Assembly (NCBI GenBank): GCA_964016885.1
Contig: OZ024740.1
Span: 62,744,001 to 62,808,000 of the forward strand
DNA length: 64,000 nt
DNA from: Eledone cirrhosa
Lineage: Eukaryota
Reading direction: 5' to 3'
Shown: positions 37,980-52,338 of the stretch, piece by piece
Position numbering within the stretch: position 1 is the stretch's first letter
Layout: every line of letters begins with the position of its first letter
Notes under the pieces: model-generated
Seen by the model: only the letters and a program-made list of their open reading frames with translations
The model's database searches: none
What the model was told of the DNA's origin: nothing
Made by a program: the position numbers and the translations under genes

Positions 37980-38423
37980 TCTGTTCAATTTTTACGCGAA
38001 TTCACTTTAACACCTCTTGAAAAAATATGGTTAAATATTCACTTTGCGCGAATAACGCGCTATAACGCGTGTGGGTTTCAATTTTTTTATTCATCAGAAA
38101 TACATATATATATATATAGAGTATGTGTTGCTGAGGCCGAGGAAGGAGACCAATAATCATGTGAGTACTCGATACATGGGGAGATGTAGACTGGGTATAG
38201 AGATGTGTAAAATCCCGAAACCTCTTGGCACTGCGGTCGGGAATTGACACGTCTCTCTATGTAATCATATATATATATCGTTTGGTAAAATATGTGTTAG
38301 TTAATCACTGACAATATTGTATGCAGAATAGAGTACTGAACAAAGTATACAAGTAGGAGTGCATTTATAATAATGAGTACAAGTCAACAGGTTAGAATTT
38401 ATTTCATATATTCATTATACAAT

Positions 38424-38483
38424 CGCTGTTATATGCATTTCGATAACAACTGTTATGCAACAGTTATGACATCATCAGACAGC
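38424..38483 (-). ncRNA. Hammerhead ribozyme (family L)
   Basis: gctgt CTGATGA tgtc ATAACTGTT gcat AACAGTTGT tatc GAAA TGCATA TA acagc; short inverted arm at ~38592-38620. Confidence 0.65.
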
Positions 38484-38654
38484 TAATAGTTGAACAGATA
38501 AAAAAACATGAAAATTACTCCTGCTGTTTCAATTGGTTGATACGTCCTGGGCTGATCATTGGTGTTGCTTTCTGAAAGCACCGATGACATATATATAACA
38601 GCGATTGTATAATGAATAACTGAAGTAAATGCTAAGCACATCGTTATTAGCGAA

Positions 38655-40125
38655 TAAGTTAAACGAGCTTTGGCGGGGCAATCAACAACAACAAATGGTG
38701 GTTCGCCTTGAAAAGGGCGATTAGAATAGGGTCCATTAGGTTTAGTAAGGCGTTTGCGATAGAGAAAAACAGAGCAGAAGGTAAACTAGTTAGAAAACTA
38801 GACGAGATGCTTAGTAAAGGCATCGCGACTGACGTGCTTGTGGTGAGATTAGCCCTCGACCAATTCTTCAACGCAAAGCACGAAGGCTGCATTATCAGAA
38901 CTAGGGCACGTGATCTCAGACACAAAGTGACGAAAGCCGTTAGATTTGTCCGAGTGACGGAGGCGCGTCGTGGCAACAAAGCCACTAGCCGGTCTTTGGA
39001 CAACGGACGCATGTTACTCAATGCCGGGCAGATGTGTGCAGCTTTTCAGCAGCACTTTGCTCAGCTGTTCGGGGGAAGCGGTGGGCTGGGTTGCGGGATG
39101 GACATTAGTGCCTACCTCGATGATCTGCCCCGGCTCTTGGCCACTGAGGCGGAGTATTGTGAAAAGCCGATAACTGCCACTGAAGTAAGGGAGGCAATGA
39201 CTGACTCCACAATGGGTTTGGATTGTCTGCCCTACGAGCTTTACGTACACGTGCCAGATTTGTTCGGCAACCACTAGGTGGACGTCTACTGAAACTGGCA
39301 GCGGAACGGGAGAATTGCCAGCTCTGTGAACCGAAGAGTGGTGGCGCTGCTTAGTAAGTACCTGAACAGGGGTCAACATAAATAATTTCAGGCCCATAAA
39401 TCTGCTAAACGCAGAGTTCAAAATTTTGGCCAAAGTTCTAGCAAAGAGGTTGGCGCTTGTCGTCGGTAGTCTGGTGAGAGAGGCGCAGGCGAGCACCATT
39501 TCAGACAGATCCATCCACGACAACCTCCACCTCATGCGATACATCGTGGAGAGGGTAGCTAACGAACCTGGCACGGGTGGGGCTTTGATCAATTCAAATC
39601 AGTCGAACACTTTCGATAGGGACGAACATCATTATCTGGCAGCAGTCCTGAGGGCGGCCTGCTTTGGATCACTGCCATGCACAGCGACATCTGCTCTGTG
39701 GTGAGAGTGAACGGTCACCTTTCGGAACCGATCAACACCATGCGCTCGGTCCGCCAAGTATGTCTCTGTTCATCCCTGTTGTACTTATTGACTCTCCAGC
39801 CATTACTGCACAAACTGGAGACGTTGAGGGGTGTCCCGCACGAACTGGGATGCGCGAGAACCGTATCAGCATATGCCGACGACGTCACCGTAGTGGTGTC
39901 GAACGCCAAACACATCGAGGCGATCGGCACTACTCTAAAAGAGTACGAGGAGGTGACAGGTGCAATGATTAACCAGGAAAAGTCAGAGGCCCTGTGGCTC
40001 AGCACCTGGAGGGGCAGGTCTATGCCGTTCAACAGCGTCGTCGGGCGCTGGACGGACTGACCGGTTAAATTGCTTGAGGTCTGGTTCGGTCCTGACCTCC
40101 AGACGGACAAAAAACTGGGACGAGG
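38655..40125 (+). pseudogene. Tx1/L1-clade LINE ORF2 fragment (RT), decayed
   Basis: GCIIRTRAR, GLDCLPYELY, FRPINLLNAEFKILAKVLAKRL, RSIHDNLHLMR, VSAYADDVTV. Confidence 0.85.
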
Positions 40126-40830
40126 TGTTTTTTATTTTAGCAGTCAAGGGAACTTTAGAAAGTTGTAGTTCATTATTGTATCTATGTGCATCTTTTGTAA
40201 GAGAGTATCATCTTTTGTTGCTTTCATGTTTCGAAATGAGTTTGATCATCCAATCATGTGATTCCCATACATATGTAGATAATCCAATTGTTGCAGTTTT
40301 CAACGCAAAATCTAACTGGATTAATCCACGTCCCCCTTCTTTCTTAGGGAGATATATTCTATCTATATCTGCCTTAGGGTGATACATTCTGTGCATGGTT
40401 AAACATTTTTTAATTTTTGTATCGAGCCTACGGATCTCTGTGCTTGACCAGTTGATGACATTGTAACTGTAGGTTACTACTGGTATGACAAGCGTGTTTA
40501 TGGCATCGATCCCATTCCTTGTATTTATCTCCGATCTTAAAATTGTTCTTGCTCTGCGGTAACATTCCTACCTTATCCTTTCCCTCATTGTCGAGTGCTT
40601 GATTCCGTCTCCTTCACAAACACCTTGATATTTATAAGTTTCTTCTTGATCAAGTTCTCTTATCCCATTCCCCCGATCAAGATTAATGTCTGAACTTTTC
40701 AGCAGCTTTCCTCTAATGAACGTGGCTTTGGCGCATTTATCTAGTCCAAACTCCATCTTAATATCATCATTGAACTGCTTCACAGTGAATATTAGCCCTT
40801 GCAATTGCTCATAATTTTTTGCAAATAGCT
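40126..40830 (-). pseudogene. R4/Dong-type RT fragment (third family)
   Basis: DIKMEFGLDKCAK, HPKADIDRIYLPKKEGGRGL. Confidence 0.8.
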
Positions 40831-42948
40831 TCTGGTCAAGCAAAGAAGTGGGCTTATAAAGAGCATTCAAATGAGGAACCGTGCCGAGGAATAAAAACGT
40901 GAACATTTAAAAAGAATACATGGCCTAAAATATGTTTGAAAAAGTCATCAAAATTAGGTAAAAATCTATTTACTATAATTTGTTTAATATTTTCGCTAAT
41001 TTTAACTCTGTTATCTGAGTGAAGAATACTTTTGAGCCTTAAGATCTCGTAGTTATCAAGCATTTTTAACTCACAGCATACATCGAAAATATTTTGACTC
41101 ACCTAGTATCTAAATTTGAAACTTTATTCATACTGACAGCCTAAAGCAGAAATGTAGATAATTAAAAATATAGAAAAAGTATTTGTATTTCCTGCTTTAG
41201 TCGATAAATGGAGCAAAGTTATCAATAAAAACAAGATTTTGGCAATGGTTTAATACTTAGTTTAAATGGTCACCACATTGACAGTTATATATGAAGTTCA
41301 GGACGAATTGTATTTGTATTTGAATTGTATTTTTCACATTTTGTAATAAAAGCATACGCTTTCGTGACGTACCAATTTGCCGAGCGCACGGTTTAGGACC
41401 CACTGGTTTAGATGCTAAAAGTACGTAGTGTTAAGGGAAAATGTTGGAATGACTAAAGTTCAATGTAAGAAGAAGCTGACTTCAATGATAAATAAGGTTA
41501 TTTTAATTTATATTATCTTGTGTGTAATTAATCTGATAATTCTAAAGGAACGCAGGTGAGATAACAGCAGAAAGAAACTATGGTTATAAAACAGTTTTTA
41601 TCTATCTATGTTAATTCGCTTAATACCCGCCATACAAACAAAGAAATTTACATGAAATAGAAATTACCTTTAAATCCCTTAATTGAACATTCAAATGATT
41701 AAAATCACATTAGGTCTTCCTCCCTCGTCGTCTTAGAGAATGAGTGCGAGTGGCGACTGAAATATGAAAAGAGAGAATGAGAGAGAGAAAGAAGAAGAGA
41801 GAGGGAGTGATAGGGAGAGAGAGAGAGGAAGATAAAGAGTTTACAAAGAAAGTAGAATGTGTGTGCGACGTCTTCAAGTGATGACGTTACGTTGCGTTCT
41901 ACATTTGATGATATCCAACTATAAACGTGCGCATGCATGGACTTCATCGGTACGGACCAGCACGGTAGGAACTTGGAAATTAAAACGCCAAAGAAAAAGT
42001 AATTTAGAGTAAGAAAAAGTAATTCTAGAAATGAAAGAGAAAGGTTGATTGTAATGTATGTTTATTCATTCACTAGTTCGATCATTCTCTCTATGGCGTT
42101 TATGCACGCTTGAAGGGATGCACTCGAAGAGAATTATGATTAGATAACTGCAGACATATTGACCGAATCGGAAAACAAAACTCCGCTAAATATTTACGAT
42201 TAATATCGCAGATTATAACTAACTTGACGAATCGAACTCACAATACAGATCAATATTCAATCTTGAGCCTGTGATTTATATTTTCGCTTATTTTTAGGAA
42301 CTAGAAATTGCCTCATTTTAATAAATTCTTGGGAAAACGTCTTACTTTCATGTTAACGATATAAAAAAGAATTCCATAAGTTAAATTAATAGGAAGAACT
42401 AATTTCCGTTTAAATCATCTGCAAGAAAGGATAGCTAAACGAAAGTATTTGAAATGTTGTAGCTAAGCTTTTCAGATATCTCAAGAATATGCTACATTTT
42501 TGCAGGGTTACATCTTTATGTTATCTTACATGACAGATTTTAAACAACATTTTTATATATTAATATATCGCAGTTTTTTAAGGCTATCTACTTATGATAA
42601 AAATACGCATAATATGACGCAATGTCATTCTTACAACATATTTGATACAATTTCATTACTATCTTGGTGGGTTGGCTTAATCCTTAGAGTGTTGAACAAA
42701 ATCCTTTGTGCTATTTAGTATTGTCTCTTGAGGTTCTGAGTTTAAAACCCACCAAGGTCAACTTTACCTCTCATATTTCCAGGGCCGATAAAATAAAGTA
42801 TCATTCAAATATTGGGCTCGATATAATCGACAGTTTCTTTATCTGATATTCTAAGACACGTGCTTATGTAAGAAATCGTTATCTTTTATTACGTAAATAT
42901 AATTAGTGCTTATTTGGAAAAGACTACCAGAAGGTAGAAGCAGCTAAG

Positions 42949-42985
<37 letters not shown>

Positions 42986-43121
42986 AAAAAGTATGCCCCC
43001 AACGGCAGAGCTCAAGCCGTTTCGACGGCTATTTCTAGACTAGTCTAGAATACTTTTTCCTATTACCCACTAGTACTCTGGTGCGTTATGGTCCATCTGC
43101 TTCCTTACCATAATTCCATCG

Positions 43122-43200
<79 letters not shown>

Positions 43201-44189
43201 AATGACGCTAATCAGCCCATATACATAAGCGATAAAACTATGAGTTTTCGGCCTACTTGAGTTCCAGTACGAAGCAAGGAAGTTGTGCGTTACCCTAACA
43301 ACGGCTAATCACCCAGAAATACCTGTCGGTTGCTTCCCCTTGCTTGTGCTGGAACAAGGTAAATGACGTCAGTCATTACCTTTCAAATTCATAGCTAAAG
43401 GTTTTCAAATGTTTATTCGCAAACATATCGTATATTATACGATATACAAACTCACATTATGTAGAAAGCTATGTTGGAGCGAACGTTCTAATTATAATAT
43501 GTCTATTGTTATGGCAATGAATGATGAAAACTTCTTTTTATTCAGTTGCATAATTCTTTATAATTGTTTGCGTACTTCATTTTCATTCTCAGTTGAACTT
43601 ACGCAATTCCTATGCCTTTATATGTTCATATTGCGTAACTTGTTATTGAACCACATCGACGGGAGATTAAAGCTGTAAAAGTAATAGAATCTGGCCAGAA
43701 CACTCATTATATATCAACATACAAGAACAAATGAAAAAAAGTATGAAAATAAAAGCATTATTGGATATAGAATACAATACACAAAATACAATATAAATGA
43801 TATAAACTTGAAGCATAGCCATTAAAACCTTACAGATAACTAATAAAGAAATGGGAGGTCGGCTTTACAGAAAATAAAAATAAGTAGAGTAATTTATAGG
43901 GGGCAAAGAGAGTACCTCAAGTTTATCAAAGGTTATTGAGTAGATAAAACTATAGGTAAACTATAACATTGCGTGACGTGTGTTTCTTTTGATCTATTGC
44001 GTGACGTGTGTTTCTTTTGATCTATTGAACTCAATAGAGATCTACTCTGTATATTGCTTGATTTCATTACTTTCATTTACTCTAGTATTAGATTCTTCAG
44101 AGTCAATAAAGTATTCCCAGTTTGTCTGTCTATAATCTATTTGATTAATTCAAAATAAGTTGATTAATTCAAAATAAGTTGATTAATTC

Positions 44190-44768
44190 AAAATAAGTTG
44201 CTACGAGTATGTAGTCAGCTAGATTGAGAATGGTGGAGTAGGAATGTTTAATTGCGTGCTTATTAAATATTTTACTATATCTAAAGGTATATGAGAAATT
44301 CTCAATGACCGAAAGAATATGACTGCGAATAGAAGCCGAAATTGGGTTCCTCCGAAGGGTATTTGGGGTAACATTTCTCGATAGGGCGCGTAGCTTAGAG
44401 ATCAGGCTTTCATTCAAGATAATGCCGCTACTTCTCCGTATCGAGAGATCACAACTCCGATACTACGGACATTTGGTTAGAATATCTAAAGAAAGAATCG
44501 TAGAGCAGATTTTATGAGCAAAGCCAACCAAGAAGAGACCCAGAGCTAGACCCCGAGCAAGATGGTTCGATAACATCCATAGGCTTCGTTGGTTTCGCTT
44601 AAGGATCCAGCAGGATCATTTGGAGACCGTTGCTTCTGATTGTTCTCTCTGGAAGGCACGTCTGAGGAATCTGCCCCCCACAATCTTCTCATGAATAAGT
44701 GGGTGAAGAAGAAGAAGAAGAAGAAGAAGAAGAAGAAGAAGAAGAAGAAGAAGAAGAAGAAGAAGAAG

Positions 44769-44803
<35 letters not shown>

Positions 44804-44900
44804 CGACAACAACCACAACAACAATTTCGGTATGGAGAGTTGAACCATTGACTTTTTCTTCTGTTTCTTCTTCTACTAGTTGTTATGGTTAGACTATTCT
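44190..44900 (-). pseudogene. Decayed PLE linker fragment, interrupted by the RTE insertion at 44423-44770
   Basis: RRRNRRKSQWFNSPY ... ISASIRSHILSVIENFSYTFRYSKIFNKHAIKHSYSTILNLA aligns with NRRRNNTFFNPPF...KNTIQIAYSTTPNLA of the intact PLE. Confidence 0.55.
44423..44770 (+). mobile_element. RTE-clade (Expander/Rex3-like) LINE 3' end with (GAA)n tail
   Basis: LLLRIERSQLRYYGHLVR...KRPRARPRARW; same family as 58893-59545. Confidence 0.8.
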
Positions 44901-45480
44901 CATCTGATTCATAGTGTCCACCATTGTTATATAAAGACCCACCATTTGTCAATTCGATAAACACTGTAATGCTTCCGATTTTTAGTTCTTTATTTATAAT
45001 TCCTTTTAAACCGTTTATGGTTGACTTCTACGTCTCATCATAAGCCCGCGCAGAATCCAACGGCCTTCTTAGTGTTATTATAATGTGGAATTATTGTTAA
45101 TTGATCGCAATTCTGCTTTACTCTATAGTTATATATTCTAACGTTTACTTTTAGATTACATTTCTCTCTTGCATTAGGGATAAATTCTATTACCATTATA
45201 TACCTTGATCTACTTAACGTTTCATTACAGTATTCAGTAGTCTCATTACAATGGATTCATTAGTATATTGTCTAGAAATTGCATATTTAACAACTGAAAC
45301 GGTCTAAGTTTGACCGATTCACATTTTTATGAATGAACCAATCAAAAGTCAATACACACTCCCCCCTCTCTCTGTGTATATATATATATATAAGTTTATC
45401 CCAGATTCAATCGGGGGTAACCACAATAAGTAAGGTACTCAATACAAAGGCTTCTACAGGGCTAGAACTGTTTCATTCGG

Positions 45481-45530
45481 GGTTCCTGATGATTTCTCCC
45501 GAATGAAACAGTTCTCGTCCTGTAGAAGCC
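45481..45530 (+). ncRNA. Hammerhead ribozyme (family G)
   Basis: ggttc CTGATGA t TTC tccc GAA t GAAA CAG ttctcgtc CTG TA gaagcc. Confidence 0.7.
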
Positions 45531-45559
45531 CTTTCTATATTATATATATATATATATAT

Positions 45560-47722
45560 AAATTAATAAAAACAATGAAATAAGAACAAAGAAACAGTTC
45601 TTTATATTAAAAAATTCATCATTTTACGATCGTTTCTAGGATGTATATGTGTGTTGGTATGTATATCATATAGATCTATGTAAAAATATTACAAATTATG
45701 AGAGGAAATATACATACCTTCACATATACATGCTGTCTTCAGAAATGATGAGATTTGTTTATTGAAAAAACCCAACAAAGATTTAATATAAAAGGTCTGT
45801 TTGAGAACAGGTTTTGAATTGACCAATAGAAAAGTAGTTAGAGGTCAAGTTGATAGAATAGTGGTAGTAGAAATTTAATTTAGGGGTAGAGGAATGCAGA
45901 CTTATGTTTTGAATGAAAAGAATACTTTGAATGAAAAGAATACTTTGGGGATGAAAAGAGGTCAAGCCAGTGAAGGGTACACGAAAATTTGATGTTATTA
46001 AAGAATAATGTTAAAAACGAAGGAAAATAAAATTTCAGGGTAAGGATATTAGTGAGAAATACCAATCTTATTTAAAGCACAAGGAATCTAGATCTATAAC
46101 AAGAAATTAAATTAATTGATAGGTATACTTATAGGGATAAATTTATATTAATTCATATGAATGTGATAAATAAGAATTAGATGTTATTAAAGAGTGTTGT
46201 TAAAAACGAAAGAAAGTAAAATTTTGGGATAAGTGTAGTGATGAGAAATACCAATCTTATATAGACTACAAGGAATCTAGATTCATAACAGGAAATTAAA
46301 TTAATTTATAGGTATACTTTTAGGTATTCATTTTAGGAAAAGAGAGCGGTAAGAGGGAAATAAAATTATGAAGTTCTCTGTAGTAAAGTACTAATTATAG
46401 GTTAACTAAATTAAAAAAAACTAATTATAATAATATGTAAAATATAAGTGTAATAATATGTAAAATATTAATTAGGTTTATAATATTTGAAGGTTCTTCT
46501 AATTCTATGATTGCAAGATATAATTAATTCCTGTCGCTTATTTAATAGGATATCCTTAGATTTCATGATTTCAAAAAGTTCCTGGGAGCATACCCTACAC
46601 TCGTATCTGTTATTTTGATAAGGGGTGGCTCTTTTAAGCACACTCCAGGTCAGGTTGTAATCGATATTCTTCTTTCTATAATTATTAATTGTTCAGCCAA
46701 GGATGTTGTATTAGCTAATGCGGAATTTTTAAAACTATGTTTGTGGGTATTAAATCTTATTTTAAATTGGTTAGACGTAGCTACTATATATGAATAAGTT
46801 GAGTCCTTAGTGTTAATTTTACATTTATAGACTATGTTATTAATAAGACAATTTCCCTTTAATGGGCAATTTCTTTTGATTCTACAGTTACAACCATTCG
46901 TGAATATTATATCAGGGGAGTTAGTCAAATTTGGTGTGGAAGTTATTCGACTTGTTATAGATGAAGGAGATAGTGGTTTGTTGCGGTATTATGGTTGGTT
47001 CGATGTGTTGGTGGTATATTTGTGTTTTATTTTTAATTTATATGCGTTGTACGCACTTATATTTTGTTGTATATTTTTGGTAGTGGAGTAGGAAAATTTG
47101 ACAGTTGATCTATTTAAAATTTGATGGTATTTATGGTTTGGCGGAAGTTTTTCTCTAGGATAGTAAAAACATTTTTAGGAATATTATCTTTAATTTGTAG
47201 ATTAAATGGAGCATTATACCAAGTAACCCGTCTATTACGGTTTCGATATTGTTTTTTATATTTATACAATGTATCAGGATGTTTACTAAGAGAGTTACTA
47301 TTAGTGAATTTATTATATATAGGTTTAGTTAGATTAACTGATTTAGGTGTTTTAGTCTGATTACTAGGGATTTTGTTAGTAATGTTGTTAACATATATTG
47401 AAGTATTAGGATGAATGGTCTTTTGAAAGTCATTATATTTTATGTGAGAAGAGGTAGAGAAATTAAGTTTTAGGTTGGCATTTTTGGGTGTAGTATGAGT
47501 GGCATTTAGGTGTGTATTTTTCATTTGGTGTTTGTTGGTAATATTGGGTTGTATGTTTGAAGTATTATTGGTGCAAGGTATATAGACTAATTTGTTTTTG
47601 TGGCCGCTTCTAGCTAAAGCTTCGTTATAAAAGGGCGCGTTTTTATCGAATACATCCTGGTTAGATGAAAGGTTAGAGATTCTGAGTGAGATATTATATG
47701 CTAGGTTTTTAAGGATAGATCT
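45560..47722 (-). mobile_element. 5'-truncated PLE (Hydra-like; thumb/linker + GIY-YIG + pLTR), decayed
   Basis: RISNLSSNQDVF, RNRRVTWYNAPF, CNCRIKRNCPLKGNCLINNIVY; tandem duplication ~45990-46140 / ~46180-46325 in the 3' region. Confidence 0.85.
45617..45750 (-). ncRNA. Hammerhead ribozyme with ~100-nt extended stem II
   Basis: catcattt CTGAAGA [atgtatatgtg..ggtatgtata...tatacatacc..cacatatacat] GAAA CGATCG TA aaatgatg. Confidence 0.7.
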
Positions 47723-47746
47723 ATATATATATATATATATATATAT

Positions 47747-47935
47747 AATTGTTTCTACTTTAGGCACAAGGCCAGCAATTACCCAGTGCATTACTGGTAC
47801 TTTATTTTATCGACCCCGTAGGGATGAAAGGCAAAGTTAACCTCGGCGGGATTTGAACTCAGAATGGCAAGGGCCGTAACTCTATGCGTCATAAGTATGG
47901 CGTCCAACCCTATACCGATACTGCCAATCCACCGG
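47747..47935 (-). mobile_element. tRNA-derived Meta-like SINE (older copies at ~22355, ~30070, ~42665, ~51015, ~58062)
   Basis: Near-identical to 17236-17424. Confidence 0.85.
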
Positions 47936-47944
47936 TAAATATAT

Positions 47945-48687
<743 letters not shown>

Positions 48688-48953
48688 AAAAATGTACATC
48701 TGAGTTTTTCGAATATTAATAATAATATTTGATTCGTTTGTAATTATACAAACTGCCTCTTACGCCATGTAAGTTTACCTACCAACTGTCAGAGCTAGTG
48801 AAATTATATGATATTTTCTAGAATATGCAGTGTATGATCGGCTTGATTTACATATTAGCAGACTGGCTGATCAGTCAAATCTGCATATTAACAGACCCAC
48901 TAATCAGCCAGATTTGCAAATCATATATTTTCACTAGCTCTGACAGTTGGCAG

Positions 48954-49020
48954 GTAAACAGTATACGGTACTGATGAATGGTAATAACCGAGAAACATTA
49001 GTATTTGATGTTCTGTTTAT
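48954..49020 (+). ncRNA. Hammerhead candidate inside inverted-arm element 48690-49140
   Basis: CTGATGA a TGGT aata ACCG a GAAA CATTA gtatt TGATG TT ctgtttat; stem I partner gtaaacag is displaced by 9 nt. Confidence 0.5.
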
Positions 49021-49274
49021 ATGCCAACACAAGATAAAGAATGTTGGGGTCATTCTACTGACTTGGCTTAAGAGGCTGTTTGCATAATTACAAACGAATC
49101 GAATATTATTATTAATATTTGAAAAACGCAGATTTACATTTCTTGTATTCAGTCATGTAGAGCGATAAAACTATTTATTAGTTATATGTAAAAGGTAAAC
49201 AGAAATAACAACGTAAACAATACAGTATGTGGAAGGGATATATTAGTTTAACGCTTGAAATAGAAGGAAAAGAG

Positions 49275-49310
49275 TCTTAACGTTTCGGACCCTAGTCCTT
49301 CATCAGAAGA
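49275..49310 (-). ncRNA. Minimal hammerhead ribozyme
   Basis: tctt CTGATGA a GGAC tagg GTCC GAAA CG TT aaga; AACGTT palindrome. Confidence 0.75.
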
Positions 49311-49396
49311 AAGAATGGGAAATTAGAAAGATTGATGGGACGCAAAGGGGAAATCGAAAAAAAAAATACTTTAGAGAAAAACAACAGGTCCATTTA

Positions 49397-49520
<124 letters not shown>

Positions 49521-49864
49521 ATATACATATAAATCATAAATATATGTTGTGTGGCATGAAATATCTAGTACAAAGAAAATATTATTACTGCTACTATTAC
49601 ATACACACATGCTTATAAGGATACAAAAAAATTATTCAAGATATATAAGTGTATAATTTTATGATTATTTGATATACTAATGAGCAAGCTGAATAAGAGT
49701 CGAACTCAGTGGCTTGAGAGGCAGAGAGCTCGATTCTTTGTAGGGGCTATTGGCAACTCTCGTCTGTTGATAGGGGTATTTTACCCGATTTCTGAAGTTA
49801 TTATTTACACAAAACAACTGTATTCCCACTTATTTTCCGTGTACACGATATATATATAAGTACA

Positions 49865-49924
<60 letters not shown>

Positions 49925-50051
49925 CAAAATTAAGATAAATCAAATGAATTTAATCTAAATCAAAATTATGGGTGTCATGCCAGAAAGTCATGCGCCATAT
50001 CACCCTCAAAATAAGCTCTAAGATTTTAACGAGTAGGTCCGAGCATTTTAT

Positions 50052-50620
50052 AATAACTAGAGATTGATTAACATATAAATAAATATGAATAATCACAGGA
50101 GATAATTTTTACAAGTGTGTAACCACGCATAGCTAGGTAGGTAACTAAATAAAGTTGACCAGAACTTCAAAAATAGATACCTTATAATATTATTAATCTT
50201 CCCTGTATATATTCCATTAAAGAAATATATTTCACCAATTAATCAGATGGTAAACCACAGAAGTGGATACTTGGATTTTCAACAAGGAAGAAGTTCCAGC
50301 AATCCGTGTTTACACTTAAAGTTCAAATCAGCGACTGGCCAGCACGTGTTGTATTTACTAGAAACACACACATCATACTAGCTTCGTCCCAGTGGCGTGA
50401 ATAGGGTTATCGACAACTAGAAACAGCAGTTGAGTCCTTTCAACAGAGTTAGCTCTACAATTAAGGAGCCGTATTTATATATCTATATCCAAAATTAAGA
50501 TATTTTTGAAGTTCTGGTCAACTTTATTTAGTTACCTACCTAGCTATGTGTGGTTACACACTTGTAAAAATTATCTCCTGTGATTATTCATGTTTATTTA
50601 TATGTTAATCAATCTCTAGT

Positions 50621-50625
<5 letters not shown>
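50052..50625. repeat. Inverted arms (~125 bp) ending in (TA)n, family J
   Basis: 50052-50175 = rc(50500-50625); no HHR recognised. Confidence 0.75.
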
Positions 50626-50693
<68 letters not shown>

Positions 50694-51259
50694 TATATAT
50701 ATGCACTAAAGCATTCAGTGCAAAAACAGAAAAATATTAATAATACAGCTATGATCAGATAAGAAATCTAACATAATACACACAAAAAACCCCCTCTTAA
50801 TCTTGATGCAAGAACACACAATTTAATATTATCTCCATTACTAATGAGCCATCTGAAATGGTGATATCGTTACAATGAAATATAGACTAGTGAAAGACTT
50901 AAAGTGTGATTATTTGTTACTTGTTGCAAAAAAAAAAAAAAAAAAAGCAGATAATATTACCATACATACAAAACTCACTGTCTCTGTTAATTTTTATTCT
51001 GTAATTAATCATGCTGACTAATTGGCAGAATCGCAAGAACGTAGGTCGTTAGCGTTGTGATTTTCTTGCGGTATTTAATATTGGTATGCTGCCTGAGTAC
51101 AATTTACGTCGAGGTTGACTTTTCCTTTCATCATTCCGGTCGTCGATAAGTTAAAGTACTTCTCAAGTAGTAGGGTCGATATAATCAACCATTCTTTTCT
51201 TTAATATACTAGATCTTGAGCGTAAGTCTGTCTTATATAACTAAACTATATCTAGTAAA

Positions 51260-51831
51260 CAAAAGATTTATTCATTTTTAAACAAAACACTAGTTAAAAA
51301 CTGATATAGTTGGAAAAGATACAGTAAAAAACAGCAAATTGGAAAGGACTGTAAATACCATAAATGAGAAGAAAATGTGGGAAAGAGCAAGGACTACTAG
51401 ACAAAGAAAGAAGGAAAGGAGGAAGAAGTGAGGGTGTCACACTCTACACCTAGGTCAGTGTGGTCTTTTGGGTGCGCCTCGTGGACAAAAGAGCAAAGGC
51501 ATTTCCGTGGATAATGGCCAGCGTCATACGCTGCAACAGCTACCGCACCTTACGGGGCTCCTTCCTCGGACAGATTGCTATAGATCCGATTTTACGGAGA
51601 TCAGTTGCCGGGGTCCGAGGACGCCTGAGGTCTTGACAGTGACAGGTACAGACAGGAAGCAGCTGGGAAAGCTCTGGTATTTAATTGTCTTCCTGTCCTC
51701 TTCACTGCGAGCAGCGGTACAGGGGCTGTGGACGAGGCGACAAAGCTGGAAACGGAGAACCTGTCATAGCATGTCGCGTCGCAGATGAGGGATTTACCTC
51801 CTTCGAAAGAGAAGAGAGTAATCCCGTCTCG
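51260..51831 (-). mobile_element. CRE-clade non-LTR element 3' fragment with 18-bp target-site duplication
   Basis: RDGITLFSFEGGKSLICDATC...KYQ...LLQRMTLAIIHGNAFALL; TAAACTATATCTAGTAAA at 51242-51259 and 51832-51849. Confidence 0.8.
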
Positions 51832-51872
51832 TAAACTATATCTAGTAAATATTTAGAAAATTGTTGCTGATG

Positions 51873-51940
<68 letters not shown>

Positions 51941-52145
51941 TTACTGCTGCTACCACCACCACCACCACCACCACCAGGAATATAACGACTTTTTCAGTCT
52001 ACGTTTCTACTTCATTTACATATCCATCCTAAAGATTTGAAACTTTTTCTTTCTTCTTTTTTCCTTTTCCTTTCACTATCCAAACGGAACCTGAACCGAT
52101 AAGGTCTGGTTTCTGGGTATGTCACTATTTATAAAACAAATTTTG

Positions 52146-52208
52146 TATTTTATTTGATGAGTGCATACCAAAGTTTTTTGGTACCCTTGAAATATATATA
52201 ATAAAATA
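52146..52208 (+). ncRNA. Hammerhead relic (C3U), family K
   Basis: tattttat TTGATGA gtgcaTACC..GGTAccctt GAAA TATATA TA ataaaata. Confidence 0.5.
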
Positions 52209-52249
52209 AATATGGTTTTATAAATATAGTTTCCATTTATTAACATCAT

Positions 52250-52329
<80 letters not shown>

Positions 52330-52338
<9 letters not shown>

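Noticed and set aside
38060-38105. CTGATGA...GAAA on the minus strand
   Set aside because: Stems I-III are too weak to support a hammerhead
40830-41405. hAT-like DNA transposon end (GGTTTAGGACCCACTG)
   Set aside because: Only one putative terminal repeat, no TSD or transposase
41700-42000. Host promoter or first exon (GA-rich tract, TGACGT motifs)
   Set aside because: No downstream gene evidence; such short motifs occur by chance
43967-44200. Short tandem repeats (~28 bp x2, 19 bp x3) as a CRISPR-like array
   Set aside because: No unique spacers; simple slippage duplications in eukaryotic DNA
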